Below, piece by piece: positions 57,273 through 64,000 of a DNA stretch of 64,000 nt (within the stretch, counting starts at the first letter, position 1; each line of letters starts with the position of its first letter). The DNA lies in sequence record PQ671644.1; one strand, given 5' to 3'. The stretch comes from Escherichia phage DCP80. The notes under the pieces were generated by a model. That model did no database searches. It saw nothing but the letters and a program-made list of their open reading frames with translations, and was not told where the DNA came from. The position numbers were made by a program, and so were the translations under genes.

Positions 57273-57706
57273 TTAATCTCGCTTCATGAAGGCATTAAAA
57301 ATCTGGTCGTCAACTGAATATACAGGGGTTTCCAGAAGTTTCAAAAGACTGTTTTTGATGTACTTACCCGGGATACCCTTAACAATACTGTCATTCAACT
57401 CATTATCAGGGTTGATGTCTTTAAATTCAAACCCGTCAAACTCAACCTTGTCAGGAATACCGTCAGCGAAAAAATAAACCAATTGGTGCATTGTATTGCG
57501 CGAAAATAATTTAGACTTGACCGCAATAAGTTCTTGCCAATGGTTTAATTCTTTGTTAAGAAGTTTATGAGCAAACGTAATTCTATTATCACTATCAACA
57601 AGAAAATAACCCAGGTATTGAATCTCGTCGCTCCAAAACACCCTGTATGCCTGCGCATTTGGATTTTTACAACGAAGTTTTTTGATAACCAAATTTCTGT
57701 TAATCA
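57273..57706 (-). CDS. Hypothetical protein
   Basis: Start moved to MINRNL after SD AGGTGA (track ORF extends to 57842). Confidence 0.4.
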
Positions 57707-57708
57707 TT

Positions 57709-58002
57709 TTATTCACCTGTAACCCATTGAACAATTTTGCTATTGTCAAATGAAGCATCGCAATACAGAATATAGTTATACTGCATAACGTCACCAGAAG
57801 ACAATTGGTCAGATACTTCTTTAACCATATCAGGGCGGTCACGTTTGGTTATGTTCATGATATCAGCACGAATCTGGGTTTCAACTTCAGATTGCTCTGC
57901 TGTCATAGACCATTCACAAAGGTTTTTATCAAGCCCAGCAGTAACTGGAGCTGTACCACATGATGCTACGGTAAGAATTGCTGCAATAATTAACTTTTTC
58001 AT
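57709..58002 (-). CDS. Putative lipoprotein
   Basis: MKKLIIAAILTVASC signal and lipobox. Confidence 0.5.
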   Translation of the reverse strand: MKKLIIAAILTVASCGTAPVTAGLDKNLCEWSMTAEQSEVETQIRADIMNITKRDRPDMVKEVSDQLSSGDVMQYNYILYCDASFDNSKIVQWVTGE

Positions 58003-58266
58003 AATGTTCTCCTCAGTAGTTGATATGGATAATATACTGCATTATCCCTTTGATGTAAACTGTTATTTTTCGTTAGAACGATAATCACATTCAAAAACTT
58101 TATTGCCATTAACAAAGGCTTTAACCAGCGCATTATTCACTTCTGCATACTGCACTGTAACCCATTCAATCATATTTTTGTCACTGACATCCAGGGCGGT
58201 TTCTTTGGTAAACATATTACCATTTTCAAACCAACCAATAAACACTACGTTCTCTAATTTATACAT

Positions 58267-58584
58267 TTAGATTTCCTCACAAAACGCCCAAGCGGCGTGA
58301 TAAACTGTTGCGCCTTTAGTATCATTTAAACAAACCACGTCAACAGGTGCAATCACACGATAAAGACGGGGTTCTCCTCCATATGAGCGAGCTGCTCTTC
58401 CTGCATAGATACGCGCCAAACCAATATCTTCAGTAAAAAACACACGCCCTAAATTTTTCTTACGTCCAACTTCTGACAGAACACCAGTTGCATCAGGAGG
58501 ACAAAGCATATTTTGGATTCCAGCATTAGAGCTTGACCCATGATAATAAACTTTGTATTCTGCCTTGCAATCAATGGTTTTCAT
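58267..58584 (-). CDS. Hypothetical protein
   Basis: 105-aa ORF with early promoter cassette upstream. Confidence 0.35.
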   Translation of the reverse strand: MKTIDCKAEYKVYYHGSSSNAGIQNMLCPPDATGVLSEVGRKKNLGRVFFTEDIGLARIYAGRAARSYGGEPRLYRVIAPVDVVCLNDTKGATVYHAAWAFCEEI

Positions 58585-58627
58585 TTTATTCTCCAGTAGT
58601 TGATAGAGTCATTATAACATAAGAAAA

Positions 58628-58642
58628 AGGGGCTGTAAGCCC
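58628..58642 (-). terminator. Minus-strand terminator
   Basis: GGGGCTTACAGCCCC then T-run on minus strand. Confidence 0.6.
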
Positions 58643-58652
58643 CTTTGTTCAC

Positions 58653-58955
58653 TTACGCCAACTCATAGTTGTGCATAGTCAGACAACGAATTTTCCCAGT
58701 AGTTGGGTGCATAACAGTCACACTAATTGTGTAATCATCACACACGTTAACAAAAGGTTCAGCGATAACATATACTGCCCCACCCGCCAACAGGTATTCA
58801 CGAAGAGAGCTGCGAACAGATGAAGGTTGAACATCGCTTTTGAGCTTTATTAATTTACCAGTTTGAATGCCTGATGCGATAAGAGCAGCACAGTTTTCAT
58901 CACGGCGAGCGAATTGTCCAAAATAGTAACGATTCATGTCGGTTTGATTAAACAT
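58653..58955 (-). CDS. Hypothetical protein
   Basis: 100-aa ORF. Confidence 0.35.
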   Translation of the reverse strand: MFNQTDMNRYYFGQFARRDENCAALIASGIQTGKLIKLKSDVQPSSVRSSLREYLLAGGAVYVIAEPFVNVCDDYTISVTVMHPTTGKIRCLTMHNYELA

Positions 58956-59033
58956 ATGGTTTTCCTTTTAACAGTTGGTTTATTGTGTAACTCAGTATGA
59001 AATCATTATGTCCTAAGACAAGGGGCTTGTACA

Positions 59034-59282
59034 CTATTTTAATTCATTAATTAAATGAAAATCTTGTGCATTGAAAGTAATGAAAAAATAATCATTCCCT
59101 TCAACTGAAGCATGACAGGCAACACTACACCAGCGCCTTGCTCTGTTCAAGGAGCAATCCAAAATTTTAAAAGGCTTCAGACCAACAATGGCAGCTGTTC
59201 TTTTATTATGCTCACAAATATCAGCATACTTTTGGAGAGCTTCTTCAGATTTGAACTGGTAATGCACATTAACTAATAACAT
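59034..59282 (-). CDS. Hypothetical protein
   Basis: 82-aa ORF. Confidence 0.35.
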   Translation of the reverse strand: MLLVNVHYQFKSEEALQKYADICEHNKRTAAIVGLKPFKILDCSLNRARRWCSVACHASVEGNDYFFITFNAQDFHLINELK

Positions 59283-59372
59283 TTTATTATCCTCATCAGT
59301 AGTTGATGGGATAATAGTACACCCTTTTTATGGTGATGTAAACCTCTAAAATGAAAAAGACCCGAAGGGTCT

Positions 59373-60812
59373 TTAGAATTTCATTTGAGCAGCAAGGTCG
59401 TCCAGGTCGCTCCTGTTGACCCTGGTTTGTCTATTCATTTCAGCCTGGCGATTCATCTCACCGGTGGCTTCTTTAACCGTAGGGCCTTGTTTAGGAGCTG
59501 AATCATCATCAACCTCGTACCAGCGCTGATTACCTTTCTTAACACCCATCTTGAATTTATTATAGTAGTTCTTATCGCCATAACGAGACTTAAGCTGTTT
59601 GATTAACTGCAGACCCATTTGAGCGAATTCTTCAGTCTCAACAACACCCAACATAAAGTCGGCCGTGTGAGCAATACCAAAGGATTCTGCGATGTCAGCC
59701 ATATCAATCTCAGCTGCAACGTTCGCGCCCCTGGTTGTCTGTGCTGCAGTCCACAGGACCACATTTTTCTCAACAGCCAGACCACGAAGTTCTTCTGCAA
59801 CCATCTTAATCAGGCCGTAACTGTTTTCGGTAAACGTTTTCAGTCTTGAGCTTGCACAGATTGCCAGGTAGTCAACAATAATCACATCCGGCACAAACCC
59901 TTGCTTCAGTTTGTATTCATTCAATAATGCACGGAAGGTATCTGCATGAGCACCGCCAGTTGGATATTGTTTTATCTTCAGAGTCCCAAGAGTCCCTGAT
60001 GCCCGCCATTTTTCCATCTTAGCTTTGTATTCTGCCCATGATATATGACCTTCATCAATATCATCCAGAGACACATCCAGCAAGTTGGCATCAATACGTT
60101 TGGCACATACTTCTTCAGCCATTTCCATGCTTATATAAAGCACGTTATGACCAGTCTGAAGATAGTCGGCCGCTAACGAACAAAGTCCCAGAGATTTCCC
60201 GACGTTTGTCCCGGCCAGTAAAACGTTCTCTGTGCCGTACTCAACTCCACCCTTCGTAATTTTATTCAGGATGTTAATACGGAACGGAACCTTCTTCGAT
60301 TTGTTCAGATAAGTCTGGAATCGAGCTTCGTAATCGTTTAACCAGTCATGGCCCAGTGCAGAGTCAAAACAGATAGACAATGCATCGCGCATGATATCAG
60401 GGATAGCACCAATATCTGGGATTCGTTTATCACGTTTATCTTTCGGAAGTTCGGCATTACTCTGGATTTCGATAATCCTGGATGTGGCATTGAACATCGC
60501 AGACTTCTGTACATACTTCTCGGTTTCTCTAACCAACCATTCCTGGTCTTCTGGAGTATCAGCCAGAACTCCTAAGAGTTTCTTTGTGCCTTCATATTCG
60601 ACTTCAGAAAGGTCAGAACTGTCAAGCGCAATATCAAGTGCAGTCTTAGTTGGTACCGCTTGATATTCTTTTACGTGTTCGTTAATCGTATTAAAAAGGG
60701 TCTTTGCAGGACCCTTTTCAAAATATGTGTTATTCAGATATGGCCAGACTTTAACAAAATATTCCTTGTTAAAGAGTAGCTGGGATAAAATAGTTTCTAC
60801 CACTTCCACCAC
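59373..60812 (-). CDS. 41: Replicative DNA helicase gp41 (DnaB-like)
   Basis: Walker A GTNVGKSLG, VLYISMEMAEEVCAKRIDAN, IVDYL and LWTAAQ motifs match T4 gp41. Confidence 0.9.
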   Translation of the reverse strand: MVEVVETILSQLLFNKEYFVKVWPYLNNTYFEKGPAKTLFNTINEHVKEYQAVPTKTALDIALDSSDLSEVEYEGTKKLLGVLADTPEDQEWLVRETEKYVQKSAMFNATSRIIEIQSNAELPKDKRDKRIPDIGAIPDIMRDALSICFDSALGHDWLNDYEARFQTYLNKSKKVPFRINILNKITKGGVEYGTENVLLAGTNVGKSLGLCSLAADYLQTGHNVLYISMEMAEEVCAKRIDANLLDVSLDDIDEGHISWAEYKAKMEKWRASGTLGTLKIKQYPTGGAHADTFRALLNEYKLKQGFVPDVIIVDYLAICASSRLKTFTENSYGLIKMVAEELRGLAVEKNVVLWTAAQTTRGANVAAEIDMADIAESFGIAHTADFMLGVVETEEFAQMGLQLIKQLKSRYGDKNYYNKFKMGVKKGNQRWYEVDDDSAPKQGPTVKEATGEMNRQAEMNRQTRVNRSDLDDLAAQMKF

Positions 60813-61141
60813 CTCTTTTTCATTTTAATTTTATCAATTTCATCTTGTATTTGCATTGTAACACACTTTTCTACATGCACTGCAAGCTCCGCTTTGCGGT
60901 CTTCAGAAGGGGTGCCGAAATCAACTGAAACTTTTCCAGATGGTTCAATTTTAATTCCGGTTACGTACACAATGTGACTGGACCCATCAGGGAGTGATAA
61001 CAGAATTTCCTGCCGTACAGTTCCCATGGATTGCCGGATAATCTCCAAACTTTTTTCGTAGTAAGGTACAGAAGGAGCCTTAGCTCCCTCCGCATCTTTC
61101 TCGAAATTATCTAAATCAGATAAATCGATATCATTCATCAA
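60797..61141 (-). CDS. 40: Gene 40-position protein
   Basis: 114 aa between uvsX and 41 as in T4; positional call. Confidence 0.45.
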   Translation of the reverse strand: MMNDIDLSDLDNFEKDAEGAKAPSVPYYEKSLEIIRQSMGTVRQEILLSLPDGSSHIVYVTGIKIEPSGKVSVDFGTPSEDRKAELAVHVEKCVTMQIQDEIDKIKMKKRWWKW

Positions 61142-62309
61142 GGTCTTCCATCATATCTAAATCGTTTTCGATATCTGCCGCAGACGGTTTTGTCTTACCT
61201 TCAGGAGCAGTGTATTTTTCAACCTTGGAGGCAATAAGCGCATCAACTTCGGCATCAACAACAGCATTGCTATCGATTGCACCCAGTTGGTAATGGCGTT
61301 TGATTGCATCACGGAAAGGTTCGTGCTTGAACAGCGGGCCCCAGAATTCGGTGCAGTTAGTATCTTTTGCGCGCCATGATTTTTCTTCGCGGACCATTTC
61401 ACCGGTCTCAACATCAAGATATTCACGGTTATACCAACCAACTTTTGGTTTCACCACAAATCCGATTTCCATTGCCATATCAAGCAGGCCAGAATACGGG
61501 TCAATCCCACCATCGAATTTTACATCAATGAAGAATTTACTTTTCTCTTTGACCATACGAGATTTTTCGGCGTTCAGAACAAATTGGAAGCCTTCAAGTT
61601 CTTTACCAGTTTCTTTAATCTGGCGTTTGCCGATAATGAATACGGTGTCCGCAGAATACATAACACCTGTACCGCCGGTCATAACGGTTTTACTGTACAT
61701 CTCAATCGTCTCGATTGTATGGTTAACCGCGACACAAGGAATATCCTTGATGCTAAAATACGGGGTAACAATACGGAACAGAGATTTCAGGGATTTGGCA
61801 CGAGTCATATCACCAACGACTTTTTCGTTCATCGCATCTTCTGTTTCTTTTTTCGACGCCATGTTACCGATTGAGTCAATAAAAATAATGACTTTTTCAC
61901 CACGCTCAATTGCTTCAAGCTGGTTAACCATATCAACTTTCAATTGTTCAACCGACTGGATTGGTGTATGGATAACACGTTCCGGGTCAACTTTCATTGC
62001 ACGAAGATATGCTTCTGTGATACCAAATTCTGAATCATAGAACAAACAGATTGCATCGGGGTATTTGTTCATATATGCAGAGACCATCGTTAAACCCATA
62101 TTGGATTTAAAGTGTTTTGACGGACCAGCAAAAATAGTCAAACCTGACTGCATACCACCATCTAGTGCACCGCTGATTGCAATGTTCAGCATCGGGATTT
62201 TTGTACGAACTACATCTTTACCATTAAAGAACTTGGACTTGGTAAGAGTCGCGGTCATTTTGGATGTAGAAGCTTTAATCAAACGGGATTTCAAATCTGC
62301 AATAGACAT
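61131..62309 (-). CDS. uvsX: Recombinase UvsX (RecA-like)
   Basis: SIADLKSRLIKASTSK, Walker A AGPSKHFKS and PYFSIKDIPCVAVNH are near identical to T4 UvsX as recalled. Confidence 0.9.
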   Translation of the reverse strand: MSIADLKSRLIKASTSKMTATLTKSKFFNGKDVVRTKIPMLNIAISGALDGGMQSGLTIFAGPSKHFKSNMGLTMVSAYMNKYPDAICLFYDSEFGITEAYLRAMKVDPERVIHTPIQSVEQLKVDMVNQLEAIERGEKVIIFIDSIGNMASKKETEDAMNEKVVGDMTRAKSLKSLFRIVTPYFSIKDIPCVAVNHTIETIEMYSKTVMTGGTGVMYSADTVFIIGKRQIKETGKELEGFQFVLNAEKSRMVKEKSKFFIDVKFDGGIDPYSGLLDMAMEIGFVVKPKVGWYNREYLDVETGEMVREEKSWRAKDTNCTEFWGPLFKHEPFRDAIKRHYQLGAIDSNAVVDAEVDALIASKVEKYTAPEGKTKPSAADIENDLDMMEDLDE

Positions 62310-62886
62310 TCATTTTTTCCATAGGCACCATCATATTTTTCTCACAGGTTTAAGATAGGATAATTATATCACTGTATTTTTAGAGCAATTAACGATTGAA
62401 TCCACGATTAATTGCACGTTCAACAATCTTCCGGGTCTGACGTTTGTCCCACCAGTACATAAACCCAATACCAAATGCAGACAACAGCCATAAGCTAATC
62501 AATAACATACCAATCATAATATTCTTCTCACAGTTCAGGGAAATTTAGTAAACGTTACCACGTTTCCAGTTTTCTTCAGCCAAATGCTTATTACGCTTTT
62601 CTAATAGCAACAAACCAATTACTGTTACAACAATCAGAAGTAATAATAACATCAGTTAATACCTTGGCGTGCTTTCTCTTTAGCTACACATTTATTAATA
62701 TAGCTCAGACGGTTTTGAGCAGAACGCTGATACATATCACGATACTCATTAGCTTTTGGAGAACCCGTCTCCGCTGCCTGATAAGCTTCCGCGCGCATGA
62801 TGTTTATCTGCATATTGATGTATGACATGCAGACCTGCGAAATCTGGTTAACAGTATCCAGGTCATTTTGTCGCTTGGTTTCTGCT

Positions 62887-62940
62887 NNNNNNNNNNNNNN
62901 NNNNNNNNNNNNNNNNNNNNNNNNNNNNNNNNNNNNNNNN
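62887..62940. other. Assembly gap (N54)
   Basis: N-run inside ORF 62652..63104; frame-preserving length. Confidence 0.9.
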
Positions 62941-63093
62941 AGATTGGTTGCAAGACTGTGCTCACCAACAAGCCATAATGAGTATGTTTGAACATCCAGA
63001 CCATAATTTCTGTCTTTATGAACTCGTACACCCATTACTTCAAATTGTTCACTCGCCTTTTCTACTGCATCCAGGAAATCATCTTTAGTCATG

Positions 63094-63531
63094 TTAGACC
63101 CCAAAAGTTGCTTTAATCAGTGCAATGACTTCTGCTGCATTTTTGTGATTGACTTGCACATGAATGGTTTGAGTATCAACATCAGGAGCATCACCATCAA
63201 CTTCCAGGAAGTGACAGAATTCCCATTCAGCGAGTTCAAAGTACTCATCAACATCACCCATACTATTCAGGATGGTGCCATCTTTCATTTCAACTTTTTC
63301 AACAAAATAATCACCTTCAATATAACACATATCCAGGACTTTGAAGGAATTGCCATGTTGTTCCATCAACTTGACCATGCACGAATTATCATCAGGACTA
63401 CCAGCGATGAATTGTTTTTTAGCAGCAGGGTCTAATACGTAAAATTTACCAGTTTCCATCATTTTAATTTCCTCATTTTTGTTGAGGGAACATATTATCA
63501 TGTTCCCGTTGGTTTGTATATTAAGCTTCAA
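63094..63531 (-). CDS. Hypothetical acidic protein
   Basis: 145-aa ORF; C-terminus related to partial ORF at window end. Confidence 0.35.
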   Translation of the reverse strand: MKLNIQTNGNMIICSLNKNEEIKMMETGKFYVLDPAAKKQFIAGSPDDNSCMVKLMEQHGNSFKVLDMCYIEGDYFVEKVEMKDGTILNSMGDVDEYFELAEWEFCHFLEVDGDAPDVDTQTIHVQVNHKNAAEVIALIKATFGV

Positions 63532-63748
63532 TCAAATTCATATAAAATTTAGCGTCTTCCGGGTGCATCCCTTCGCAATATTCATTTTGCATAAAGCGGG
63601 TAAGGTCTTCAAGAGGACCTTGAACTTCAATTTGAATACTAAAGAATTGGGTATCTTTAATGTAAGTCATACACAAAGAAGGATACCGATTACGAATAAC
63701 TTCGTAAGTGTATTCAAAATCAACGATATCAATATTAACCTTAGCCAT
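63521..63748 (-). CDS. Hypothetical protein
   Basis: 75-aa ORF with early promoter cassette upstream. Confidence 0.35.
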   Translation of the reverse strand: MAKVNIDIVDFEYTYEVIRNRYPSLCMTYIKDTQFFSIQIEVQGPLEDLTRFMQNEYCEGMHPEDAKFYMNLIEA

Positions 63749-64000
63749 TTTATTTTCCTCATGTAGTTGATAGGTCTATAATAACATAATCATAGACCCG
63801 TTGTAAACTGCTATTTGAAAGCTTTTTGCAGAAGTTCAATGATTTGGTCGACGTTATTAGCATCTACAACACAATTAATAGAAACCGCCCCCGAAGGTGT
63901 TTTTGTATAATTGGAGTATTCACGGAAGCAATAAAACTCTTCTTCACTAAGTTCAAAATAATCATCACCCATACCATCATCATTATAGATTGCACCATTA

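Noticed and set aside
62652-63104. 150-aa ORF spanning the N54 gap as a single protein
   Set aside because: Continuity across the N-run cannot be verified; kept only as a note, not called as a feature.
1-64000. Integrated prophage with integrase and att sites
   Set aside because: No integrase, repressor or host-like flanking genes; gene content and promoters are those of a lytic T4-like phage.

Overview
The window reads as a scaffolded draft of a T4-like lytic phage: six sequence blocks joined by N-runs at 30711-30720, 40984-41040, 49791-49800, 56743-56760 and 62887-62940. Block 1 (1-30710) starts and ends with the same 111 bp, so it may be a discrete circular or terminally redundant 30.6-kb unit. 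It carries a complete lambda/HK97-type virion and packaging module on the + strand (terminase large subunit, portal, fused prohead protease-scaffold-major capsid, tail tube, G/T chaperones, tape measure, distal tail proteins, I-J tail tip, Nu1-like small terminase next to a cos-like site). Unexpectedly, these genes sit behind T4-type late promoters (TATAAATA) and UUCG-type terminator hairpins, and are interleaved with T4-type genes (endonuclease VII, e-type lysozyme, HNH endonuclease). Blocks 2-6 are ordinary T4-like early and replication regions (motA, gene 52, ndd, denB, rIIB, rIIA, gene 39, genes 47-46-45-44-62, gene 41, gene 40, uvsX) with sigma70-type early promoters. The rII locus occurs twice, in inverted orientation and about 1-10 percent diverged, with a homing-endonuclease insertion and gene-cassette swaps between the copies. 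All protein calls are from reading the translations against remembered family sequences; no database search was run. Hand-counted coordinates for non-ORF features may be off by 1-3 nt.
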